A DNA stretch of 64,000 nucleotides from Candidatus Hydrogenedentota bacterium (GTDB lineage Bacteria; Hydrogenedentota; Hydrogenedentia; Hydrogenedentales; SLHB01), in NCBI GenBank assembly GCA_963745075.1, contig CAVUWV010000010.1, forward strand, positions 440,543 to 504,542. The letters run 5' to 3'. The translations under genes were made by a program, and so were the position numbers. This document shows, in pieces, positions 1 through 9,477 of the stretch (positions are counted from its first letter, which is position 1; each line of letters starts with the position of its first letter). The notes beneath the pieces were generated by a model, which was given only the letters and a program-made list of their open reading frames with translations, did no database searches and had not been told where the DNA came from.

Positions 1-1249
1 GCACGTGCAGCTTTGTGTCAGCGAGCTGCGATACCCCCCAGGCGACCACGATCGTCAATCCGATGAGGGGGAAGTACGTATACCGGTCCGCCAACCCGTG
101 GACACCAACCTGAACGATCCCGATGACGGGGACGAGCGTGCCCAGGTACCAGAACCACCCCACCGGCAAGTAGGGGCTGCGCGCGCGCGCCAGGATGACG
201 GTAATCGTAATCGCTGCAAGCAACAGGACACACAGGCTCGCCTGAATCGTCGTCAGCGAATTGCCGGGGTGCGGGTAGAAGGCCGCCAAGTGGCTAGGCC
301 AAAAGGCCTTGACCCCGTACAGCACATAGGAATACGCCGCGTTCTTCAAGCGCAGCGCCATGGGCAGGGCGGCAAGCGAACTGGTGGCCCCTGCACCACG
401 CTGGACCCACACGGTCAATGCGGAAAACACGATGGCCAACGCGAGGTGCGGCATCTTTTCCAAGAGTAAGCGAACAAGGCGGAACCCGTTGTTCGACGAC
501 GCTCCGCATCGCGCCGCAACAAACGCCGAAGACGCAAGACCGCGTCCCCGGCCCTCCCCGTGAACGGGGGGAGTTAGAGAGGGGGTGTTTCCGGTACCGG
601 TCCAACGTCCCAGCGGCCAGTAATCGAGCAATAGCAATACGCAAGGGATGGTCACGAGCATCGGCTTTGCGAGCAACCCCAAGCCGAGCCAAGCCACGGT
701 CATCGCGTATCGCAGGAGTGACGGTCTTTCGCAATACGCCGCGTAGGCCCACAGCGTCAGCATAGCGAAGAAGGTGCTGAGCACATCCTTCCGTTCGGAT
801 ACCCACGCCACGGACTCGACATGGATCGGATGCAACGCGAACACGGCCGCCACGAACAGGCTCGGATACGTTCGCTTCGTCATCCGGCGCAAAGCCAGGA
901 AGAGGACCACCGCGTTCAACCCATGCAATATGACGTTAGTGAGATGGTGGCCCCAGGGTTTCATCCCGTACATCGCGCAATCCGACATATGCGACAGCCA
1001 CGCCAAGGGCTGCCACGTCCCGGAGTGCCCGTTGGTGAAGGCCCAAACCACGGACTCCGCGTTGAGGCCGGATCGCACCATGGGATTGTCGGTGACGTAA
1101 ACGCCGTCGTCGTAATTCACAAAACCGGCCCGCAGCGCAGGGACGTACGCGACGACGGTAACCGCAAAAAGTAGAACAGCCACGACCCCTGCAACCCATG
1201 CATCGCGCGAAGGAGGTTCGGCCGGTACGTTGTGTGATGCGTTGTCCAT
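1..1249 (-). CDS. TMTC-like GT-C membrane glycosyltransferase (usually with C-terminal TPRs); runs off the left edge
   Basis: Not in the ORF track because no stop lies in the window. Manual translation from ATG at 1249 gives MDNASHN...GFVNYDDGVYVTDNP...WQPLAWLSH...HHLTNVILH...FALHPIHVESVAWVSERKDVL, the typical TMTC/PMT-like motifs. Confidence 0.85.
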   Translation of the reverse strand, partial: MDNASHNVPAEPPSRDAWVAGVVAVLLFAVTVVAYVPALRAGFVNYDDGVYVTDNPMVRSGLNAESVVWAFTNGHSGTWQPLAWLSHMSDCAMYGMKPWGHHLTNVILHGLNAVVLFLALRRMTKRTYPSLFVAAVFALHPIHVESVAWVSERKDVLSTFFAMLTLWAYAAYCERPSLLRYAMTVAWLGLGLLAKPMLVTIPCVLLLLDYWPLGRWTGTGNTPSLTPPVHGEGRGRGLASSAFVAARCGASSNNGFRLVRLLLEKMPHLALAIVFSALTVWVQRGAGATSSLAALPMALRLKNAAYSYVLYGVKAFWPSHLAAFYPHPGNSLTTIQASLCVLLLAAITITVILARARSPYLPVGWFWYLGTLVPVIGIVQVGVHGLADRYTYFPLIGLTIVVAWGVSQLADTKLHV

Positions 1250-1430
1250 GATTCCCCAAGGTCCGGCGATCCAGCCACGAGGATCGCGTCCCGACTTTAC
1301 TGAATTCCGCGGATTGTCGCAATCGTTTTTCGAGGGTTATGAAAAGAATGTACTGGACAGTTGCGAACAAAAGTGCTAAAGTGGGGCGAAGGCTAGTGTA
1401 CTGCCAGCTATTTACTGAGCCGGGCGGAGT

Positions 1431-2603
1431 TTGTGCGTGAGAGCAATAGGTAGGTTGACTGTGCAAGCGGGGAATCACGATCACGCCATCTGCCCCGTAA
1501 GCGCAGAGATACCAGTTAATTATATAGCGTTTGGCGACCCCGTTGCGATAGCAGTCCAGGACGCCCGCAGCGGCGCGTTCGAGCCGTGTCAGACCGCGCC
1601 AGCACGAAAAGGGACGCAACTGACGTTTCTGCTCAAGCGGCTTCGGGCCGGGGAAACGCGGAAATACCGAATCATCCCGCAGCGGGTACCCTTCGTGGAC
1701 CGCGTGAAGTTGGTGAACGACGAAGAGTCCGGCCGGTTGGAGGTTTTGGTATCCGGAAAGCCGTTTACGACATATCATTATGGTCCTAAATGGGTTAGAC
1801 CGTTCTTTCAGCCCCTTATCGGCCCCGGCGGCGTCAAAATGACCCGCAACTGGCCCGTGGAAAAGGGGATCGAAGGAGAGACCCGGGACCATCGTCACCA
1901 TAAGTCCTTGTGGGTGGCCTACGGAGAATGCGATACTGTCGACAACTGGTCGGAAGACAAGGGCCACGGGTACCAGCGGCACCGGCGTTTTTTGTCGCTC
2001 GTTTCCGGGCCGGTTTATGGCGAATTCGTGGCCAAGCTTGACTGGTGTAATGCCAAGGAACGCAAGCAGTTCGAAGAAACGCGCCGGCTTCGGTTCTACG
2101 CCGTCCCGGGAGGTGCCCGGCTTTTTGACGTGAGTATCTCGTTCAGGATGACGGAGCGTGAAGTCACCTTTCGGGACACCAAGGAAGGCGGCCTGATTTC
2201 GGTGCGGGTGGCAAGCGCGATGGATGTCCCGCGCGGCGGCCGAATCGAAAACGGGTACGGCGGATGCGATGAGAAGGAAACCTGGGGCAAGAAAGCGCCC
2301 TGGTGCGACTATAGCGGAGTCGTTGACGGCCAACACGTTGGCATTGCTGTCATGGACCACGAAACCAATCCGCGATATCCGACGGAATGGCACGTGCGCA
2401 ATTATGGATTGATGACGGCCAATTGTTTCGGTTGGAGCTACTTCCGCCCGGAGCGGAAACAACGGGGCGACATGCGGTTCCGTAAAGGAAGCGCAACGCC
2501 CTGGAATTATAGGATTTATATGCACAAGGGAGATGCAGGGAAGGCGAAGGTCCGGGAACGGTTCCTTGATTACATCGCCCCACCCGAAGTGACCGTGGGG
2601 TAG
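1431..2603 (+). CDS. PmoA-family (DUF6807) putative carbohydrate-active protein
   Basis: Motifs RPFFQPL, DHRHHKSLW, FRDTKEGG, WGKKAPWCDYSG, WHVRNYGLMTAN. The start may be GTG at 1437. Confidence 0.75.
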   Translation: MCVRAIGRLTVQAGNHDHAICPVSAEIPVNYIAFGDPVAIAVQDARSGAFEPCQTAPARKGTQLTFLLKRLRAGETRKYRIIPQRVPFVDRVKLVNDEESGRLEVLVSGKPFTTYHYGPKWVRPFFQPLIGPGGVKMTRNWPVEKGIEGETRDHRHHKSLWVAYGECDTVDNWSEDKGHGYQRHRRFLSLVSGPVYGEFVAKLDWCNAKERKQFEETRRLRFYAVPGGARLFDVSISFRMTEREVTFRDTKEGGLISVRVASAMDVPRGGRIENGYGGCDEKETWGKKAPWCDYSGVVDGQHVGIAVMDHETNPRYPTEWHVRNYGLMTANCFGWSYFRPERKQRGDMRFRKGSATPWNYRIYMHKGDAGKAKVRERFLDYIAPPEVTVG

Positions 2604-2730
2604 TGGCCCGCATTTCTCACCGCCCGAAGACGTCCACCTGTTGACGGTGTTTTCGGGGGGCGGTGAGAGATGCTCTCGAGAAGACTTGAAGGCTCACTGT
2701 TGAGGAATTTTCACACGCACACTGTAAAGC
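2604..2730 (+). repeat. ~125-bp palindromic dispersed element, family A, copy 1
   Basis: Stem gcatttctcaccgcc...ggcggtgagagatgc plus a tail (...ggaattttcacacg). Aligns by eye with the reverse complement of 30815-30944. Confidence 0.75.
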
Positions 2731-2843
2731 TCAAGCGATTCGTCCATTTTCTGAAGGCGTAGCGCGGACTGAGGTTATATGTTCGACGATTTGTGCGTGT
2801 GGGAATTCCGGGGTAGGAAACCTACAGGAGACCGCGGGAAACC

Positions 2844-4265
2844 ATGGCAACGTCACGGAAGAAAGCGAAGAAAGCCGCCAAGACCAAGGCCAAACCGAAG
2901 AGGAAGCCCGTGAAGAAGCCCGCCAAGAAGTCCGTAAAGGCAAAGGCGGTCGCTAAGTCCAAGGTCAAACCCAGAGCGAAGTCCAAGCCCACGGCTCGGC
3001 CCAAGACCAAGCCGAAGGCCAAGCCCAAAGCGAAACCGAAGGCGAAGGCCTCGGTGAAAAGGAAGACGGTGTCGAAAAAGAAGGCTGTTGCCAAGAAGAA
3101 GCCGCCGGCGAAGAAGACGCCTGTTAAGAAAGCGCCGGCGAAGAAGAAGTCCGCATCCGCCAAGGCCGCGACCCGGAGCAGCGCCGCGCGGGTTCAAGCA
3201 GCGGCCAAGGCTAAGGTGGGCGCTGCAACGTCCCGGAAACGGCCCACGGCCGCGGGTCCGCCCGCGAAGAAGCCGAAGAACCGTAAGCCATTGCTGCCGC
3301 GCGAGTTCTTGTTGGAAGTAGCCGCCACGATCCGTAATGCCGTGCTGCCCTTGGTTCGGGCGGCGAAGGGCCGGGAGATCATTGGCAGCGCCACCAGCGG
3401 AGACGCGACCTTTCAACTGGACAAGGTGGCGGAACGGGCCTTGCTGAATTTCCTGCGCGACGCGCGCGTGCCCGTGGCCTTTTACTCGGAAGACGCGGGA
3501 TACACGACCTTTACGAGCGCGCAACCCGAACATCTGCTAGTCGTGGATCCGGTCGACGGATCGCGCGCCGCCAAGAGCGGATTCGAGTCGTGCGTCGTGT
3601 CCGTGGCCAGCACCCGGGTGATCGAACGCCCGCGCATGTCAGACGTGGACAACGGGGTCGTCATGGAAATCGTGGGACCGCGGACCTTCTATGCCCAGCG
3701 CGGCAAAGGCGCCCGAATCTATGTCAACGACGCCGTCAAGAAGGCGAAGCTGTCGAAGAATTCCAATCTCGAAACCATCTCCTGGTCGATGACCGTGCCG
3801 GCGCGTCCGGCAGAACTCATTTTTCCGACAGCGGCCAAACTGGTCGATTTGTCCAGCCTGAAGGGCGGGTTCTTCGCATGCAACAGCACGTCTTATAGCC
3901 TGACGCGGATGTTGACCAATCAACTCGATGCGTGCGTGGACTTCGCTAACCGGTACCTGCGGGATATTCCGGATGCCGTGGAAGACCAGTTCATCAACGC
4001 CGGGCGGGGCATCGTCCTCGGGATCGCGCCGTACGACATCGCCGCGTCCTACCTTATTGCGATCGAATCGGGATGCGTGGTCACGGATGCCTACGGCGAG
4101 AGTCTCGACGACGTGCTCTTGCTGGACAGCAGCGTGTCGAACCACCGGTCACTTATCGCCGCGGCCAACAAAGATCTCCACGAGAAGCTCATGAGCTTCT
4201 TCGATATCCGCATCCAGCAGTTCGAGCAACTCCTGACCCGGCGCGCCAAACTCGCCGGGAAATAG
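2844..4265 (+). CDS. Inositol monophosphatase/FBPase (FIG superfamily) with N-terminal histone H1-like Lys/Ala/Pro-rich region
   Basis: About 150 aa of KKPAKK/AKPK repeats, then DKVAE, YSED, VVDPVDGS and YDIAAS metal-binding motifs. Confidence 0.85.
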   Translation: MATSRKKAKKAAKTKAKPKRKPVKKPAKKSVKAKAVAKSKVKPRAKSKPTARPKTKPKAKPKAKPKAKASVKRKTVSKKKAVAKKKPPAKKTPVKKAPAKKKSASAKAATRSSAARVQAAAKAKVGAATSRKRPTAAGPPAKKPKNRKPLLPREFLLEVAATIRNAVLPLVRAAKGREIIGSATSGDATFQLDKVAERALLNFLRDARVPVAFYSEDAGYTTFTSAQPEHLLVVDPVDGSRAAKSGFESCVVSVASTRVIERPRMSDVDNGVVMEIVGPRTFYAQRGKGARIYVNDAVKKAKLSKNSNLETISWSMTVPARPAELIFPTAAKLVDLSSLKGGFFACNSTSYSLTRMLTNQLDACVDFANRYLRDIPDAVEDQFINAGRGIVLGIAPYDIAASYLIAIESGCVVTDAYGESLDDVLLLDSSVSNHRSLIAAANKDLHEKLMSFFDIRIQQFEQLLTRRAKLAGK

Positions 4266-4452
4266 GAAAAATGCTAACAGTAACCATTTGTTCAACTGGT
4301 TAACGTCGAAATAACGAAGCGGCGCAGAGCGATGTGAATAAATGGTTACGGTCCCCATTCTTCCCGCGCCGCGTTGAGCGCCCCTCATACCTTTGGTACA
4401 ATACCGTTTTGAGTTCTACGGCCGCTTCGGCCCATCCGTTTTGGAGCACGCC

Positions 4453-5235
4453 TTGAGTCACGATCCATTTGTAATAGCGGGACGCGAATTTCGGTCGCGG
4501 TTGATGATCGGGACGGGGAAATTCCCGTCCACGGAATCGTTGCGCGCCGCGTTGGACGCGTCGGACGCGGAAATCGTGACGGTAGCGTTGCGCCGGGCGG
4601 ACCTGACCAACCCCGCGGGTGACGGTATCCTGTCCGCCATCGATTCGTCGAAGCATCTGCTGTTGCCGAACACGTCCGGCGCGCGAACCGCCGAGGAAGC
4701 GGTGCGGCTGGCGAAGCTGGCGCGTGCGGCCGGGTGCGAACCGTGGGTCAAACTCGAATTGACACCCGAGCCGCGCTATCTCCTGCCCGATCCCATCGAG
4801 ACCTTGCGCGCGGCGGAAATGCTAGTCAAAGATGGGTTCGTGGTCTTGCCCTACATCCAGGCCGACCCGATCCTCGCGAAACGATTGGAGGAAGCGGGCA
4901 CGGCCACCGTCATGCCGTTGGGCGCGCCCATCGGCAGCAACCGCGGCGTCAAAACGCGCGACCTCATCAAGATCATCGTCGAACAAGCCACCGTGCCGGT
5001 CGTCGTGGACGCGGGTCTCGGCGCGCCGTCTCACGTGGCTGAGTCGATGGAACTCGGCGCAGATGCCGTGTTGGTGAACACCGCGCTCGCCGACGCGCGC
5101 GATCACGGCGCCATGGCCAAAGCCTTCGCCATGGCCACGGAAGCCGGCCGCATGGCCTATGTCGCCGGCCTCGGCCCCGAACGGGACGCGGCCGAAGCGT
5201 CCTCGCCGCTCACGGGTTTCCTGGATTCGCTATAA
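4453..5235 (+). CDS. thiG: Thiazole synthase
   Basis: [49 protein letters not shown] start follows GGAG. Confidence 0.95.
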   Translation: MSHDPFVIAGREFRSRLMIGTGKFPSTESLRAALDASDAEIVTVALRRADLTNPAGDGILSAIDSSKHLLLPNTSGARTAEEAVRLAKLARAAGCEPWVKLELTPEPRYLLPDPIETLRAAEMLVKDGFVVLPYIQADPILAKRLEEAGTATVMPLGAPIGSNRGVKTRDLIKIIVEQATVPVVVDAGLGAPSHVAESMELGADAVLVNTALADARDHGAMAKAFAMATEAGRMAYVAGLGPERDAAEASSPLTGFLDSL

Positions 5236-5253
5236 GCGCATCCCGAAAGGGTT

Positions 5254-5298
5254 GATCGGACGGATCCGTCCGATCGGTCCGCTCCGTCGGATGGGCCA
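5254..5298. repeat. Degenerate 9-nt tandem repeat tract
   Basis: gatcggacg gatccgtcc gatcggtcc gctccgtcg gatgggcca, lying between convergent genes. Confidence 0.7.
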
Positions 5299-5322
5299 GG
5301 TGGCGGACCCAAAACAGAAAGG

Positions 5323-5775
5323 TCACGGCATGGTCTTCTTTGTCTCTTTCCCGTAGCGGACCAGGAGGGCCTTGACGATCCGCACGGTGTCGGTGGGGGC
5401 GGGGCCGAACTCGGGGCGGTCGTCGGGATCGCGGAATTCCTGGTAGCGATCGGTGTTGGGGACTTCCGACTTGTTGCTGGAGACGTAGACCAGTGCGTCC
5501 GCGCCGCGATCCATGGCGGCACGGATCATTTTCTTCTGCATGCGTTCAACGCCGACTTTGTTGGCCTGGGCCCGCGCGGTCAGCTTTCCGATCACGGTGT
5601 AGGGTTGTTCGATGTCTTCGAGCGCGAACAAGACGTCCACCTTGTCGGACGGCGCGAAGACGTCGCCATCATACTCGAGTGTCGTGCAGGAGCTGCCGTA
5701 GACGGCCAGCACTACGCAGGCAAGCGGAGCCCAAGGTGTAACGCGCCACCGATCCGAAGTCTTCCATGCGCTCAT
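5323..5775 (-). CDS. Hypothetical lipoprotein
   Basis: Hydrophobic stretch ending in GSSC. The YTVIGKL...AMDRGADAL segment resembles YbjQ-like domains. Confidence 0.6.
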   Translation of the reverse strand: MSAWKTSDRWRVTPWAPLACVVLAVYGSSCTTLEYDGDVFAPSDKVDVLFALEDIEQPYTVIGKLTARAQANKVGVERMQKKMIRAAMDRGADALVYVSSNKSEVPNTDRYQEFRDPDDRPEFGPAPTDTVRIVKALLVRYGKETKKTMP

Positions 5776-5806
5776 TTCAAATACTCCGTTTATTCTCCCA
5801 TTCACT

Positions 5807-6118
5807 CTAGACCTTGCGCCCGGCGATCGTCACGACGAGTCCGCCCGCGATGGCGACGGCCGCCGGCCCCAGCAATAGCACCCAGCCCACATAGCGGATG
5901 TAGATTGGCGGGATTCGGAGATGGGTACGAAACCTGGAGCTGAAATGCATTTTCGACACCAGGTCCGGATACCAGATTAACCAGCACGCAACCATTATAT
6001 AAACGAGTGCGTAGAACCCGGCCCACGTGTTCTTGGTGCTCGTGAGAGCAAGCCATACATATAACAACCCGATACAAAGCGAGATCATACGCTCTCGTTG
6101 TGACGAAGAAGTATTCAT
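5807..6118 (-). CDS. Small membrane protein
   Basis: Three hydrophobic segments; ATGA overlap with the stop of the upstream gene at 6115-6118. Confidence 0.6.
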   Translation of the reverse strand: MNTSSSQRERMISLCIGLLYVWLALTSTKNTWAGFYALVYIMVACWLIWYPDLVSKMHFSSRFRTHLRIPPIYIRYVGWVLLLGPAAVAIAGGLVVTIAGRKV

Positions 6119-7053
6119 TTGGCTCCCATGACTTCGGTAACGGGAAAGCGCCCCAGGCGAACTTCGTTGGTTCGGTTGGGGCGAGCCGCTTCGAAGTAGA
6201 CGAAGATCTCGTCGCCTACGCGCATCCAGTGCGAGTAGCGCCACGTGTTGTGCAACTCGCCCGGGGTTGTGCTGACCAGCAGCGGCGCCGCGGGCGTGAG
6301 ATCGTGAAAGTCTGTCAAGTCCGGCGTGTAGGCCAGGCCGGTGCAGATATTGTAGTTCGGGTCATACCATCCCAGTGCGGACCCTTCGTACACGAACAGG
6401 TATCCCACGGCCATGGGGAGAACGCTCGCGGGCCGGGTATACATGTTGTGCCAACCGCGGTTCTCGAAAATGGGCAGTGCACCGACCGGCGACCACGATT
6501 CACCGTCCGGGCTGACGAAATGATAGGTCCGCTCGATGCGGTCGAGTCCGATAACGAACATGTGCCAATCGTTTCGGATGCGCAGGATCACCGGATCCTT
6601 GTAGCCCGCGATCTGGATCGTGTCATCGTCTTCCGGGTCGGCCTGCAACACGGGCCGGGCGGTCGACGCGTCGAAGGCGTCCGGACTCTCGGCGTCGTCG
6701 AACCGCATTACCGTCCAGCCTCGATCCAAACTCGCGCAACAATAGAGTCGGTATATGCCGTCGGCGGGATCCCACAGGAGGGTCGGCCGCTCAAACCCCG
6801 GGACCTTGGCATCCTCGCGCGTGAGGTGGGCGATGGGCTCGAAATTCACGCCGTCGGGACTTCGGAGGATCCGGATTTCGTATCCGCGATGTCCTTTCGG
6901 GGATAGACCCTCCCGCATCCGGGCGGCCATGAAAAAGGCGCCGTCCGGCCCGCGGGTAACCGAAGGCGCACCGGCCCACCACTCCGGCGTATCTTCATCC
7001 GGTTCCAACACGACCGTGTAGTTCGCCATGGCGGCTACAATCTGCGACAACAT
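6115..7053 (-). CDS. Five-bladed beta-propeller glycoside hydrolase-like protein
   Basis: WAGAPSV, Asp-box-like RSPDGVNF and SPDGESW, FERP, YKDPVI, WRYS. RBS AAGGAG precedes ATG 7053. Confidence 0.7.
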   Translation of the reverse strand: MLSQIVAAMANYTVVLEPDEDTPEWWAGAPSVTRGPDGAFFMAARMREGLSPKGHRGYEIRILRSPDGVNFEPIAHLTREDAKVPGFERPTLLWDPADGIYRLYCCASLDRGWTVMRFDDAESPDAFDASTARPVLQADPEDDDTIQIAGYKDPVILRIRNDWHMFVIGLDRIERTYHFVSPDGESWSPVGALPIFENRGWHNMYTRPASVLPMAVGYLFVYEGSALGWYDPNYNICTGLAYTPDLTDFHDLTPAAPLLVSTTPGELHNTWRYSHWMRVGDEIFVYFEAARPNRTNEVRLGRFPVTEVMGAK

Positions 7054-7203
7054 GTACTGCAACTCCTTGTAAGCGTGTCGGGATCATACCAAATATCCGA
7101 ACGACCATTCCCGGCTTTCCCCGCCGTGGGATCTGGGTTACAATGGACGGCGTTGAATGGTGCCGGATTGCTGAAGCGATGTTCCAACCCCAGGAGGTGA
7201 TGC

Positions 7204-8196
7204 ATGTCCAGGGATCGAGTGAGTCGCAGAGAATTCATGCGGGATGCCGCCGTACTCACGGGAGGTATCGCGGCCGCATCCGGTCCGGCGTTAGCGCAAG
7301 CGTCGCCGGAGATAAAGGTTCCAACCTCCGTCCTGGGGCGGACCGGCGTAGAAGTATCCCGCCTGGGCATTGGATGCGCGCACTTTCAGCGCCCGCAAGT
7401 GACGCCGGACGACGTCCACGCGGCGATGCACCGCGGGTTGGAGTGCGGCGTAACGTATTTCGACACGGCCCCGAACTATGGCCGGGGCGAACACTTCGCA
7501 GAAGTCAAGATGGGCCCCACGGTGAAGGAGATCCGCGACCGAATCTTCCTGGTTTCCAAGACGGAAGATCCGACGTACGAAGGCACGTGGGATCTCATGC
7601 GGCAAAGCATGGACCGCTTGCAGACCGATCATCTCGACATGGTCCACGTGCACAACTTCGGGCTGGAATCCCGATTTGAAGACCTCGACTTCGTCTTCAG
7701 CGACAAGGGAACGTTGGGCGCCTTGCGCGAGGCCAAGAAGCAGGGGGTTATCCGGTTTATCGGCGCGAGCGGACACCTCTACCCGTCCCGGTTCGACAAG
7801 ATACTCGATACCGGCGACGTCGACGTGCTGATGAACGCGGTCAACTTCGTGTGCCGCCATGTCTACGACTTCGAGACTAAGGTGTGGGAACGCGCACGCA
7901 AAGAGAATATTGGTCTGGTTGCCATGAAGGTACTTGGCGGCGCGTCGGGCGGCGATAACACGTTTCGTCTCGCCAAGGAACATTACGAAATCGCCGTTCG
8001 CTATTCGTTGTCCATCCCTGGGTGCGCGGTCAGCGTCATTGGGTGTCTTGATGCGAACGAGGTCGAAACGGCGGCGCGAACGGTCGCGACGGCCAAGCCG
8101 TTTACCGACGAGGAACGAACGCACGTCGCTGCCTTGGGTCAGGAGATGGCGACGAACGCGTCCTGGAAAGCCCCTTACGGGGAACCCTTGACCTGA
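7204..8196 (+). CDS. Aldo/keto reductase with twin-arginine signal
   Basis: SRREFM signal; LGRTG, YFDTAPNYG, LVSK, LQTDHLD, IRFIGASGH, AMKVLG. Confidence 0.9.
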   Translation: MSRDRVSRREFMRDAAVLTGGIAAASGPALAQASPEIKVPTSVLGRTGVEVSRLGIGCAHFQRPQVTPDDVHAAMHRGLECGVTYFDTAPNYGRGEHFAEVKMGPTVKEIRDRIFLVSKTEDPTYEGTWDLMRQSMDRLQTDHLDMVHVHNFGLESRFEDLDFVFSDKGTLGALREAKKQGVIRFIGASGHLYPSRFDKILDTGDVDVLMNAVNFVCRHVYDFETKVWERARKENIGLVAMKVLGGASGGDNTFRLAKEHYEIAVRYSLSIPGCAVSVIGCLDANEVETAARTVATAKPFTDEERTHVAALGQEMATNASWKAPYGEPLT

Positions 8197-8473
8197 CCGG
8201 CGCCGGCGATTCTGTACTTCGACCCTGCTGAACGACGGTGGGGAATAGTACCACCTGACGCGAGGTTTGCCTGTTTTTGACCTCAGAATTGCGTGTCTTC
8301 GCGATCTACTGTATAATCCGGCGTTTGGGCGTGGAGAGGCCGGAAGACATATCTGGAAACCACGCAACCGGTTGCAGTATCAAGACATTAGAAACCAATT
8401 CGGGCCGGGTGCCCCGTCTTAACCGGAATAGCCGGGCGAGACGTACCGTTAGGCTTGTTCAGGAGGCGACACG

Positions 8474-8794
8474 ATGAGCAATGCACAGGAATTGACCACC
8501 AGCAACTTCGACACGACCGTCCAGGAAGGTGTGACCCTCGTAGACTTCTGGGCCGAGTGGTGTGCCCCGTGCCGCATGATGACCCCGGTGCTGGACGAGC
8601 TGGCGAGCGAATACGACGGCAAAGCGCGCATCGCCAAAATCAACGTCGACAACGAGCCGGATCTAGCCATGAAGTTCGACGTATCCAGCATCCCGACCCT
8701 CATTGTGTTCAAGAACGGCGAACTCTCGAAGCGTTTCGTGGGAGTGACGTCCAAGGACGAACTCGTCGAGGCGCTGAACCAGGCAGCGAGTTAA
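8474..8794 (+). CDS. trxA: Thioredoxin
   Basis: DFWAEWCAPC and SIPTL; 106 aa; RBS AGGAGG. Confidence 0.95.
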   Translation: MSNAQELTTSNFDTTVQEGVTLVDFWAEWCAPCRMMTPVLDELASEYDGKARIAKINVDNEPDLAMKFDVSSIPTLIVFKNGELSKRFVGVTSKDELVEALNQAAS

Positions 8795-8827
8795 TCCGGC
8801 GGCGACTTTCCACCCGCAGATCGCACC

Positions 8828-9328
8828 ATGCTCACGAAGCTAATCATTATTGGACTGTTCGGCGTAGTCGCCTATGCCGTGGCGTACCGCTTTGGCATGG
8901 ACGGATCGCGCGGCATCCTCCGGGATCCCTTAACCATCGCGTTGCTGGCCATGCTTGTGGGCTACGGGGTTGTGCGCGCGACAATGGGCCCGCTGGCGGG
9001 ACCGCTGGTGTGGGCCGCGCCCATCGCGCAAGTCCAGTCAGAAGCGGAGTTGAACCAAGTGGTGGCCGATGCGGGCGATGAGCCCGTACTCGTGGATTTC
9101 TTTGCGCCGTGGTGTGTGCCGTGCCGGGTCTCGGCGTCTGCCGTGAACACGATCGCGTCCGAAGGGTATCGGGTTGCGGTCGTCAACGTGGACGAAGCAA
9201 AGCAACTGGCCTGGAGCTACGAGGTCAGCGCGTTGCCGACCGTTTTGGTGCTGCGCGACGGCAAAGTGGTGGCCCGATCGCAAGGGGTTCACACGGCGGA
9301 GGGGCTGCGCGCGCTCGTGAAGGGGTAA
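8828..9328 (+). CDS. Membrane-anchored thioredoxin-family protein
   Basis: Two N-terminal hydrophobic helices, then DFFAPWCVPC and ALPT. Confidence 0.85.
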   Translation: MLTKLIIIGLFGVVAYAVAYRFGMDGSRGILRDPLTIALLAMLVGYGVVRATMGPLAGPLVWAAPIAQVQSEAELNQVVADAGDEPVLVDFFAPWCVPCRVSASAVNTIASEGYRVAVVNVDEAKQLAWSYEVSALPTVLVLRDGKVVARSQGVHTAEGLRALVKG

Positions 9329-9477
9329 GAGCGCGCTCGCCGGCCGTGGGCTTGCGAGGATCCGCAGACATAACCATCAGTTTTGATTAAGCGTGGGCGT
9401 AGTGTATCCGGGCGCCGGATGCGCATAACCGTTTGAGATAAGGGAACCCATCTCGAACAGAACGAACGGAGCGAATC

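Noticed and set aside
936..2525. 529-aa minus-strand ORF and many other long antisense ORFs (e.g. 10871-12361, 37809-39203, 48593-50143)
   Set aside because: Shadow frames of well-supported genes in GC-rich DNA; they carry no family motifs.
1431..2603. Methane monooxygenase (from the PmoA family name)
   Set aside because: A soluble protein with no TM helices and no pmoCB neighbours; the family label is misleading.
4266..4452. TPP riboswitch upstream of thiG
   Set aside because: No ctgaga / acctga core is visible.
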